A DNA stretch of 64,000 nucleotides from Histomonas meleagridis 2922-C6/04-290x (GCA_020184695.1 JAANOX010000278.1:62001-126000); one strand, 5' to 3'. Counted from the stretch's first letter, positions 1 through 11,130 are shown. Notes: generated by a model not told the origin, from the letters alone. Numbers and translations: made by a program.

Positions 1-282
1 TAAATGAAATATATTTCATTAATCAGAATGTATAGAATAGAAGATGAAAAACAGTAATAGATATAGTAGTAGATAATTTTGCAGATTTTAATCTAAACAA
101 AGAGGAGTGCGCAAATGAAGAGAATATTGCAATGGAGAAAAAAATTGCGCTAAATTTAAATAATAACTTTTTCAATGTATAAACTATTCATTCCAAAATT
201 GTATACCTGGATCCAGGTATCCTTCCATCGGCCTTACAAGCATAATAAAGTCTTTCTTAGACTTAAAAGAGTTTTAGAAATC

Positions 283-520
283 GGTTGGACGGGAAATGGT
301 CCCATTTCGTTGTAAAAATACGATACAGTGATTTCTAAACATCGATGGTTATTTTCTTAAGACGACGATCACGAAGGTTTTACGTATTCAATATTCCCTA
401 TCGTAAATATAACCGTTGCTAGTGGACGATAGATTTTTTTCTGTAGATTAACGATCATTTGCTCTTTCTGACAAACACAATATATATATTCGAAATCCGG
501 GGACCATTTCCCGTCCAACC
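283..520. mobile_element. 238-bp MITE with perfect 21-bp terminal inverted repeats, probably Merlin-type and non-autonomous
   Basis: GGTTGGACGGGAAATGGTCCC (283-303) and its exact reverse complement (500-520). Flanks TAGAAATC (275-282) and AAGAAATC (521-528) form an 8-bp target-site duplication with 1 mismatch. No ORF inside. Confidence 0.85.
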
Positions 521-1076
521 AAGAAATCTCCCTGGTGATTTTCCTGTTTGAAATTTATTAACTCTATACTTTCGGGTGTAAGGGCAACTCATAATTGAAT
601 AGTTTACAAAATTCTGCAGCTAAATTTATTGGTATTGACTTTCATTCAGCATCTTGAATGAAAAGTACACATATTTTCTTTTCTTATGCAGAATATTATG
701 GAAAGATATTTCACAAAAAATCCAGTAATGTTCAAGGAATACCTTCAAGTCTGAAATTTGAGCCGGTTTGTTAGATTTTAAAGTATGTTTTTTCTGACTT
801 TGGGTATGCACAAACAGTTTATCTTTTAAATATTTTAACTTGGGCGGAGATTGACTCCATTCTTGGGCAGAATAAATAACCTCATAATAAAAATTAAAGA
901 CTTTTATTTGTTGATTGCCGAAATTTTATACGGCATGTTTTTACAACCATGGACCCATGAACTTTTTGAACGCTTACGGGTAAGGAATTAATATAAAAAG
1001 CCGATAAGTGAGGGATTTGAGTTGGTTGAACGTTGATAGAATTGAGTGGGGGTTTGTACGTTTTTTAGAGGTGGGA

Positions 1077-3203
1077 ATGGGCTGCGTTTTTTCCGAACCA
1101 GATTTCCCTCAACGAAATAATCGTGTCTCACCATCAGCATTTAGAAGCAAAAGACAAAAAGTGTTAAGTTCAAATGAAGGAGATATTCTTCAAAAAGGTG
1201 TTGATTTTATTTTACAAGGAATCACCTCATTGCAAAATATTGAAAACATAGTACCCGTTGTTTCTCTTTCCCCAACGTCAATTCCAATAATGTTAAATAA
1301 TTTCCCAATCAACGAAGATCAATTTATTGAATTACCTGTTGCAGCCATTTCAATTGTTGGTGCTGGGAAAGTATTTGCAATAGGTACTCCTTATTTTCTT
1401 TCGCATGAAGCACTTATGGATCCTGAAACATCCACATTTTTAGAGAATGCTTTTCTTTGGGGATCAGGAAAAAGGATGCCACACATATTAATATCCGGAT
1501 TTCCGAACTCAGTTTCTTCTCGTATTTCTGCAGATTTAACATCTTTTGGGTATTTTGTCGAATCACAAAATCCAATATCAGATGCATCAAATTCTAACAT
1601 TATTATTCTTCAAAGTGACGTCAACGTCAGTCGTATTGCAGATTTGATCCTCGATTTCCTTCAAAGAGGATGCGCCATTTTTATATTTCCGGCGCATTTT
1701 AAAGTGCATGAAAACATTTACGCGTTTAGTAATTATATTTCTGTTCTCGGTCTTGAATTTCTTGACAATGGACTTCATTCAGAGAATGCTACAATTGAAG
1801 TATCGGATTTTAAAGAACTTAAAAGTTATAATTTTTATTCAATTTCAAATCGATATATCGAATTAATTCATGGGTCACCAACACTTGAAGAACTTGACAA
1901 TGTCGTTTGTAAGCTTCGTTTTTATGTTTCCAAACTCACTTGTTGTTTTTTTGAGACTTCTTTAAATCTATTAAATGAATCATGGGATTATCTCATGAAA
2001 ACTGGTGCTAAGACAGTTAATGGGTATTGTCCTAAAGAAGTTCATGAGATTGTTTTCATTTTAATCCTTGAACTTCTTGCGAAAATCCCTGTTGAATATA
2101 CCCCAGTATTTGATGGAGTTGATGAATTTCCTGGATTAGTAGGCGAAGATACTAAAACAACGAGCAGGACCTTAAAGCTGTTTTTGCGCAAAGGTAAATG
2201 GGCTTCGAGCGGGCTCTACTTGCCGCCAGGTCAAGTTGCACAAATTGAATGCTCGTCGCCCGTTAAGATAAAAATCGGTTGCCACACTAACGTTCTCTTC
2301 ACCAAGCCGGGCCCATGGAAGCGTTGGCCAGTTATTTCGTTTGATTATGAATATGACGATGAACCGTTGTACTTAGCAACCCCATTTGGTGGTATTATGT
2401 ACTTTTGTTCAGATGTCTCATGTGATGTTACAATGATTTGCTCGGGATTCGCTAGATTTCCTTATTATAATAAGCAAGTGAAGTCGATTTGGGAATCTAC
2501 AAAGTCAGTCAATGCACCGTGGTCAGAAATTGATATGATTAACTTGGTATTAACAATACCTACAAAATATGCAAAGAAGATTCGCAATCTTGATAAATAT
2601 GTTTCAAATATGCATTCACTCGTGGACTATGTTCATTCATTCCTTAACTCAAAGGTCAAAGAAGCACACCGAGTTGTTTTTGATATTGATTTGGCATATG
2701 ATTTTCAATCAGATTTCGATGCAATTTTTGCGAAATTGACGGCACTCGAAGGAATCCTTTGCGAAACCGGACCAACAAAGGATCTCTTAAACCTATTCCA
2801 AGTAATTGCAGAAGCATCAATTGAACAAGACTTATTCGATGAAGAGTTTAAGGTCATTATTTCATTGGTAGCTGCATGTGCAGCTTTCAAATCGTTGTGG
2901 AATGACTTTGAGCCAAAAGATTTCAAATCTCCAAATCCGCCAGAACTTTTCTTTGACCTATGGCAAGTGTTTCTTGAGTTCGGATGGAACATATTTAATG
3001 AGTCCATAAAGGCTTTCGCTGCTTCAAAGGAGGAACATAAAGATTCACTCGATACTGAAGCTTGGGAAGCTTTTGTGAATGAGCTTGAAAAGAGGGCTGG
3101 AAAGAGGCTAGAAAGGCTTCGGGATAGGTTCACTCAATTAGACAAACTTGAAATGAATTTTTCAGAAGATTTGTCAGAATACAGAATTGTTAATTATATA
3201 TGA
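1077..3203 (+). CDS. M60-like/TCAF (immuno-dominant variable surface antigen-like) protein, apparently lacking the HExxH catalytic motif
   Basis: Long ORF with M60-like N-domain motifs WASSGLYLPPG, KIGCHT, RWPVIS, TPFGGIMY and PWSEI. The first ATG at 1077 gives MGCVFS, a myristoylation/palmitoylation-type start. Confidence 0.75.
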   Translation: MGCVFSEPDFPQRNNRVSPSAFRSKRQKVLSSNEGDILQKGVDFILQGITSLQNIENIVPVVSLSPTSIPIMLNNFPINEDQFIELPVAAISIVGAGKVFAIGTPYFLSHEALMDPETSTFLENAFLWGSGKRMPHILISGFPNSVSSRISADLTSFGYFVESQNPISDASNSNIIILQSDVNVSRIADLILDFLQRGCAIFIFPAHFKVHENIYAFSNYISVLGLEFLDNGLHSENATIEVSDFKELKSYNFYSISNRYIELIHGSPTLEELDNVVCKLRFYVSKLTCCFFETSLNLLNESWDYLMKTGAKTVNGYCPKEVHEIVFILILELLAKIPVEYTPVFDGVDEFPGLVGEDTKTTSRTLKLFLRKGKWASSGLYLPPGQVAQIECSSPVKIKIGCHTNVLFTKPGPWKRWPVISFDYEYDDEPLYLATPFGGIMYFCSDVSCDVTMICSGFARFPYYNKQVKSIWESTKSVNAPWSEIDMINLVLTIPTKYAKKIRNLDKYVSNMHSLVDYVHSFLNSKVKEAHRVVFDIDLAYDFQSDFDAIFAKLTALEGILCETGPTKDLLNLFQVIAEASIEQDLFDEEFKVIISLVAACAAFKSLWNDFEPKDFKSPNPPELFFDLWQVFLEFGWNIFNESIKAFAASKEEHKDSLDTEAWEAFVNELEKRAGKRLERLRDRFTQLDKLEMNFSEDLSEYRIVNYI

Positions 3204-3299
3204 ATAAATAGAACTTTCGGAATATATTTGATGATATTTTTCTTGATTTTAAAGTTTCCAGTAAATACTTGAATTTTTTTGTTTTGCAAAAAGTTATGC

Positions 3300-3532
3300 A
3301 AAATTCGCATAAAAATTATACAATAGTTGGATTACTTCTTGAACAAAAAGGAATTGATGTTAATGCTAAAGATATTTAAATGTTTTATTTAAAAATTATT
3401 TGAATAATTTTATATTTCATCATAATATTCGGAAATTATTTAAAATATTTTGGTAACATAAAATTTTAAAATAATATTTGGGAATTATATTAATTATTTT
3501 ATACTGCACTTGATTATTGCAAATCTTGATGC
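3300..3532 (+). pseudogene. Isolated ankyrin-repeat relic carrying 17+3 modules
   Basis: LLLEQKGIDVNAKD, then 4 x 20-nt modules (3374-3453) decoding K-Y-G-W, a 9-nt junction, then 2 modules decoding G-Y followed by TALDYCKS*. Confidence 0.7.
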
Positions 3533-4012
3533 TGAAATAGTTGGTTTATTTAATAAATTAAATTAAATTAGGGGGTAAATAATGATCCCTCCCGTTTTCA
3601 CTCAATAAAACGAATTCGATTTTCATTTTGATTTATTTGGTAAAGTATTCCGTATTGTACTCAATGACCCTGTTAAATCGTATATATTTGATTTTGTGTT
3701 ACTTTAGCTTAAACTCTAAATGTTTTTAATTATATAGATTTAGTAATTTTATAAATAAATGACTTATTGAAGAAACTTTTAAATTCAATAAGGATGATAA
3801 AAACAATATTTAAGTAAAGAGTTGATAAGTTTAAAACTATTTCTATGGAAAAGCATTTTGCATTAGACAACATTTTTTTCTAAACGGCTCTTTTTAACGG
3901 TCTCTTTAAAATTGTCTTTTTGTCATAATTGTTTCCAGAGAAAATTTCTGGCATAGAAATTTAACGCAACAAAAATGGGAACAATTTGAATTTTCAATAT
4001 GGCTAACCGCAA

Positions 4013-6724
4013 ATGTCTAGTGCGAACACATCCATAATCGAATCGGAAGATATACATTCTCATAAAAAATCTACATGCTTGGAATTACTTACTGAACTTG
4101 AGAAAGTTATATTTAGTTTAACAAAAGAAAATTTAAATCTTACAGTTCAAAAAATAATAAAACTATTTGATACAAATTTTCCTTATACATTTAATACTAT
4201 TATATGTAATTTAGTATACAGTGCATTTTCATCACAAAGGAATTCATTTGATATTTACATAAATCTTTTATCAATGATTCAAACAAAAGAAGAAGAAATT
4301 AATCAGAACATAATCAAAATAATTTCAATTTTCATCAAGTGCATATCTAAAACTAAAACTCACGAAGCATATAATATAATATCACGACTTATTGAACAAA
4401 ATCTAATTGATGCAAATATCACCAAAAACATTAAATCGAAATATTTTGCACATTATAAAGAAGAATACAAAAAACAAACTAATGGATATGAATTTCATAG
4501 AATTTATCCATTTAAAAAACCCTTTGGAGATCCAATAGAAAGATACTTTATGGATCATTATGAAGAACTATCAAAGAATGATTGGGAACTTCATAAGAAA
4601 TATATTAAAGAGGGACATAATCCAAATGAAATTGCAAAAATAATTCGAAATGATGAAATCGAAAAACTTCAAGAAATATCATCACAAACAAAATTTAATA
4701 TTAATCAAACAATTGATCCATCACTTTATGAAATATGTTCATTTATTAACAAACCAAATGTTACATTAATTGATTATGCAGCATTTTTTGGAGCAATTCA
4801 ATGTTTTAAATATTTACTTATGAATGGTGCAAAATTAGAAAACACAGCTAAATATGCAGTTGCAGGTGGAAATCTTGAAATTATTCATTTGTGTGAACAA
4901 AATCATTCATCATTTGAAGATGCTTATGAAACAGCAATAGAATTTCATCGAAATGATATCTTTCATTATATTTATGAAAATAAATTAGAAAAAATTAATC
5001 ATGGAGAACCACATCCAATGCCAAATAATTTGATCTTTGGAAATGGAATGCAATTTAATAATAATAATAACAATTATGATAATGATATAAATATTTTAGT
5101 AAGATTTTGTATTCAGAAAGAAAATTATGAAATTCTTACATTTTTAGAAGGAAAAAAAATGAAAATTGATAATAATGTTATAAATGAATCAGCAAAATCT
5201 GGAAATTTATATCTTGTTAAATATTTTCAACAAAATTATCAACTTCCAAATAATGTTTTAGTTTTTGCTACCTATTCAGAAAATATTGAACTTATTAAAT
5301 ATATCTTAGAACATAAAGGATTTAATATCAATGCAAATACTATTCATTTTATTAATATTTGGTTTATTTTTTCCATTTATAATTAATTTTAATATTTTAA
5401 TATTTGTTTTATTAATATGGGATTTAAATTAATTATTTGAAATTGGTTTTATTGATTTGGAGTTTTTTCCAATAATTTTTTACATCACTTCTATTAGCAA
5501 TAAGAGATAATAATTTAGAAATAGTAAAATTACTTTTAGAACAAAGTGGAATTGATGTAAATGCAAAAACTATTTGTTTTGATTATATAGAAATTGCTTT
5601 AATTATTTGGCGTTTATTTAATAAATTTAGAAATTGATTCTTTAATTTAGAAATCGTTTTGAAATTTTGGAAATCATTTTTATAATTTGGAATTTAAATT
5701 ACAAATTTGAATTTTATTTCAATCATTTTTTACATCGCTTCAATTAGCAGTCCAAAACAATAATATAGAAATCGTGAAATTACTTTTGGCACATAAAGAT
5801 ATCGATGTAAATGCAAAAACTGTTTGTTTTAATAATTAAGTAATTGCTTTAATTTTTTGGGACTTATTTATATGATTTAGAAATTGATTTTTTAATTTAG
5901 CAATCGTTTTGAAATTTTGGAAATTATCTTTATAATTTGGAATTTAAATTACAAATTTGAATTTTATTTTAATGATTTTATAAATCAATTCATTTAGCAG
6001 TCCAAAACAATAATATAGAAATCGTGAAATTACTTTTGGCACATAAAGATATCGATGTAAATGCAACAACTATTTGTTTTAATAATATTTTATTTGTTTT
6101 AATATTTTGGTATTTCTTTTTATGATTTAGAAATTGTTTTAATATTTTGTTATTTGTTTTATTAAATTAAAGTTTACTATAAAAACTTGGAGTTTGTTTG
6201 CGTAATTCGAAATATGTTTTAATAATTGTATACAGCACTTCATATGGCAGTTGAGAATAACAATGTGGAAATTGTGAGATTACTTATAGAACATCAAGGT
6301 CTTGATATTAATGCAACGACTATATGTTTTAAAAATTTATAATTTATTTTAGGAATTTGGCTTTTATTTTGATAATTAGAAATTTATTTAAATGTTTTAA
6401 TGTTAAATTATAATCATTTCGTATTTATTTTAATAACATTTCACAGCACTTCAAATAGCTCAACAAAAAGGTTATAACGATATAATAAATTTACTTCGCG
6501 AAAAAGGTGCGAACAAGAATTCTAAGGAAGGACCTTCTTCCAATGAACTCAACTCTTTATTTTCAAGAAGAATTGAAAAAAATATTACAAATAATCGAAA
6601 TCAAACTGTTCTTCAAGTGAATAAAAAGGAAAACATTAAAAAAAAAGTTGAAATGAGCACTCAAACTCAAACATGTAAAAATCAAATTCACAAATCTTCA
6701 ATTTTTCAAATAAATTTATATTGA
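4013..6724 (+). CDS. DUF3447-type ankyrin-repeat protein, about 693 aa after removal of 37 spacers; the ORF track truncates it at 5386
   Basis: Continuous ORF 4013-5341 (LIDYAAFFGAIQCFKYLLMNGA, YAVAGGNLEIIHLC). Four 90-nt ankyrin segments (5482-5571, 5732-5821, 5982-6071, 6232-6321) and a terminal segment 6443-6724 (TGA) are separated by clusters of 17-nt spacer + codon modules. Confidence 0.85.
5342..6442 (+). repeat. Five clusters of 20-nt modules (17-nt spacer + 1 codon): 7, 8, 8, 8 and 6 modules
   Basis: Clusters 5342-5481 (140 nt), 5572-5731, 5822-5981 and 6072-6231 (160 nt each), and 6322-6442 (121 nt, one 21-nt module). Confidence 0.9.
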
Positions 6725-8126
6725 ACGCATTGGAGATGTAAATGTTGTCTCAAACCTAAATTGCATCACTCAAAGGTTTATCATTAAATCTTATATAATA
6801 AATCACAGTTGTAGAACATTTTTGTTCAATCATATCAATATTTTTTGGATAATTATAATCATCAAATAGATTATGTGTTGCGATTTTGTTGTATTAAATA
6901 TTAAATTCATTAAACATCTTCCAATCATTTGATGATGGTATTGGAGTTGCAGAAATGTGTTGAACATTGAGCTAATAAGCTTTACTCTTTGAAAATAACC
7001 AATGAAATTTCATCATTTATACATTTTATGGTTTGCTATTGTTTCGAAAAGTGAAAAATCTCCATAAGAAAGAAGCAACCCAAAATTTTAATAATTTTTT
7101 GTCTGTTCAGAGGGGGTGACAATCACATCAGACGATCAAAATTTATTCATTTATGCACGATAAAACGTCAAATATAACACAAAAAGTAAAGGATTGGAAT
7201 CTTACACCGAATATTTACGACTCAAAAATCTCGATTATCGCACAATAATTGAATGGTACCAAAATAAACTATTCATTTTTTCCGAATGAAGTTTTATTTT
7301 ACAACAACGAGTTCTCAAAAATTGTCAATGTGTTGCTGAATATGAGTTAAACACACAACGATCAAAACTGATTCGAAAAGTGGACGTCATACAAAAAGTG
7401 AAATTCACGATCAAAAACAAGTGTAAAAGTCGCTCGTTTGAATACTTTACATTGCAAAATCAAAAATTAATTTTTCTCGAAATTAGTACCTACGATTTTT
7501 ATTTAACTTTAGTATATTCATATAAATATATAATATATTAAGATATTATAATTAAAAAAATTCTACCGACTAAAATTGATAATATAGTAATTTGATAATT
7601 CAATATATATATGGTCAAAACTTTTGCTCGAATGAAGTGCCTTCTTCGAAAAAAAAATTCCGACTTCATCCGAAAGAAAATTTTTTCAATGAGCTCATCA
7701 AAAAATTGAATAGTTTATCGAATAGGGTTTCTTTCATCGTTTTCCTCTCAAATCCGATTGTCATCCCCTCTGTCTGTTCGAAATAATTTGAATGGCTCGT
7801 CTACTAAAAAAACGTTATATTCTGAAATTTAAATGTCACTTTTTAAGCCATGGCTACGTACAGGTCCTGTATTCGATTTATGAACAAAGACTCACAATTT
7901 ATTCCGATTTCATATTATGCACGTTGAGTTTTATTTTGAGGCTTGGTATCAAGCAGGTTTGTAGGTTATAGCTAGCCGTTTATTAACGGTCATCAAAGAA
8001 AACACGTAAAAGTGCCAGGAGATGGGCTTTCAAATTATTAACGTTCAAAGATCTCTACGGTTTTCACTTCACCTGGGGCGTTTTTTGTTGTGCGCGGCGC
8101 TTTTGTGCTGAGTGGTAGCTTAACTC

Positions 8127-9775
8127 ATGAAACAATAAAGGATCATAAATTTCAGAATGAATGGGAAGTGTTACTAGTGATCAAGAAGCTCGTTTTTGAT
8201 TTGAATGAAGAAAATATTACTCAATCAGCAAAATCGATAATTGACAAATTTGAAAAAAATCATACTATTTCATTATATTTAATTATTATCCATATGATAT
8301 ATACTTTATTTGTTCTAAGGAAAAAAGATTATGATATATATTTGAAATTTTTAAAAGAAATTATAATTTTAGAAGATGACCAAACAAAATTACCTCATGC
8401 ATTAATACGTTTCATTTCTCTTAAAAATACTCAAGAAAAAAATTATCTTATTTATAAATTACTTGAATATGGATTTATCCATCCAAAAATCACAAAAGAC
8501 AAATTTTCACTGAATCCATATTATATTCAATATGCATCAAAAGAAGAAATTGAAAACCCAATTATTTGGTATTTCATGAACCAAACAGAAAGAGAAAAAT
8601 TTGAAGAGAATTATGAAGAACTTTCAAAGAATGATTGGGAACTTCATAAGAAATTAATTGAAGAAGGAGTTAATCAGAATGAAATTGCAAAAATAATTCG
8701 AAATTATGAAATAGAAAAACTTCAAGAAATTTCATCACAAGAAAACTTTGATTTTAATCAAACAATTGAACCATCACTTTATGAAAGATGTTCTGTTATT
8801 AATAAAGAAAATGTTACATTAATTGATTATGCAGCATTTTTTTCTTCAGTTAAATGTTTTAAATATTTACTTATGAATGGTGCAGAAGTAGATAACACAG
8901 CCAAATATGCAGTTGCAGGTGGAAATTTAGAGATAATTCATTTGTGCCAACAAAATAATTCATCTTTTTATAAAGCATATGAAGCTGCAATTAAATTCCA
9001 TCGAAATGATATCTTTAAATATATTTATGAAAATAAACTCGAAATAATTAATGATTTTGAAGAATTGGGTATTGAATGTATTGTAAATCTTAATTATGAA
9101 ATATTTTCTTTTTTAGAAAAAGAAGGAATGAAAATTAGTGATTCGATTATTGATGAATCTGCAAATATTGGAAACATTTTACTTGTAAAATATTTTCTAA
9201 AAGAAAATTCATTACCAAATGATATTTGAGTTTGTGCATCGGTTTCAGGAAATTCTGAACTTGTTACATATATTTTAAAGCAAGAGGGGATTGAGATTAA
9301 TCAAAAAATTTATTTGTTTTTGTTAAAATTTATTATGATATTTTGATATTTCAAAATAATTTTTGGAAATTATTTAAATTATTTAAAACAGCACTTATGT
9401 TTGCATCTTTAAATGGTCATATAGAAATCGTTAAATTACTTCTTGAGCAAAAAGGAATTGATATTAATGCTAAAGATATTTATTTGTTTTATTTGAAATT
9501 TATTTTGATATTATAATATTTCAAAATAATATTTGGAAATTATTTAAATTATTTAAAACAGCACTTATTTTAGCATCTTCAAATGGTAATACAGAAATAG
9601 TTAAATTACTTATTGAACAAGAAGGAATTGATATTAATGCTAAAGATATTTATTTGTTTTATTTGAAATTTATTTTGATAATTTCATATTTCAAAATAAT
9701 ATTTGGAAATTATTTAAATTATTTGAAACAGCACTTACGAAAGCACATGAAAATGGTCATATTGAAAACGTTTAA
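8127..9775 (+). pseudogene. DUF3447-type ankyrin-repeat gene with three 4-module clusters, disrupted
   Basis: Paralogous to 4013. The ATG at 8127 is out of frame by one base, there is an in-frame TGA at 9227-9229, and TAA at 9773-9775 replaces an expected AAA. Clusters 9308-9387, 9478-9557 and 9648-9727 decode KDGK, ENGK and EHGE. Confidence 0.75.
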
Positions 9776-10567
9776 TTACTTTCTGAATAAAATCATATTT
9801 AATTTTTTTTTTAACAATTTCAAAATGAGGTCAAATGGCACAAACGATCACGATTTGCGGCTACACTTTAAATTCCATATAAGATTATGAATATCGAAAA
9901 AGCTTTGGAAGAAAATTTCTGAGCAACTATAACAACTGCTGAGCTCACTCCTCAGAGAACTTACTATTGATGATATTCACGGCATTTAATGATTTGAGTT
10001 TCAACCATTTGATCAATTTTCAAATTACTTTTGAAACTTCAGGATCTTTTTATGCTCTGATGAATTATTTACAAGAATATCATTAAATATTAATCTATTT
10101 CTTTTTATCGAATAATATTTTGATTCATTAATGTTTTTTTCTCATAAATTTATGTTGAATTCAACATGATTCAGATCTAGATACAGGCTTTATTCTGTAT
10201 AGAAGTTCCATTGCTTCTTTTGGATAAGAAGAAAAATTATTTTTAATATTTATTCGAAGAGATTTGTGACATTTTTTTGATTTAAATTTTTACATGTGCA
10301 AATATTACAATAATAAAAAATAATATTTGAGTGAAAATTGGTTGTATTTATAAAAGCTTAAATATAAAAATTCAATATTTTTATTTGAGTGATATATTAA
10401 TCATTAGAAAAAAAAATATTTTATGTGATTTTGTTCTAAGGATATATTAGTGAAGCAAATATAGGAATCTTCTTTAAGTAATAGAGCACGAGTTTTGCTT
10501 TTAATTTAAGCATATTGTTATTACACATAAATTCACAATAAAAATATAAATAATACAAACAAAATAT

Positions 10568-11130
10568 TTATTTCGGATATGCCGTTTGTGAAAGAACTTT
10601 TCTCAATCCTTCATATTTACTTCGAATAGATTCATATTGTTGTTTATAATATGTTGCAAGATTTTTGTCATTCGGTGGTTGTGCTTTCCCTTTGCGAACG
10701 GTGATGGTTGGACTTCGAATTTGAACTGGTTTAAGTTCAGGATTATTATTATTATTACTCGAAATAGCATTATTACTATTATGTCCTCGTTTGTTTTGTG
10801 TATCATTGTTCATAGTAAATGAAAGTTGTTGTTCTAACTCTTGAATTTGTTTCTCAAGAAGTTGAATTTGAACGGTTAAGTCAATGCTTTGATGTTCTAA
10901 ATCTAAAACATGTGAACGTAGATATCGCGTATCTTCATCTTCCGCAAGCGATGGTAATGGTTTCAATCCATTCGTATGAAACCGTCGTTCTTTAGTTCGT
11001 GGTGAACTTGAAAGTCCAGTAAGTTTAATTGGTTTTGGAAGTGAAACTGGGTCAAATAAGATAGAATCATTATCTTCAATCGTTTTTAATTTCTTTTCTA
11101 AATGAATTTTTATTTTGTTGTGTCAAATCA
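10568..11130 (-). pseudogene. Coiled-coil protein fragment with a poly-N tract (copy A); 5' part has stops and frameshifts
   Basis: Heptad segment LEHQSIDLTVQIQLLEKQIQELEQQL; duplicate at about 27100-27686. Confidence 0.5.

Noticed and set aside
9478-9559. U12-type AT-AC intron
   Set aside because: No ATATCCT 5' site, and no AT...AC choice restores the frame.
9530-9560. -1 ribosomal frameshift at T_TTA_AAT / T_TTA_AAA to explain the 80-nt ankyrin inserts
   Set aside because: Many inserts have an in-frame TAA before the slippery site. Insert lengths of 60, 80, 121, 140 and 160 nt would need different shifts, and the product would carry ~27 hydrophobic residues in the loop. The 17+3 reading explains all the clusters.
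9486-9561. One conventional intron GTTTT...ACAG per ankyrin repeat
   Set aside because: The join is out of frame and deletes the conserved T-A. The AG is missing in several units (ACATC, AAATC), and there is no trichomonad branch motif.
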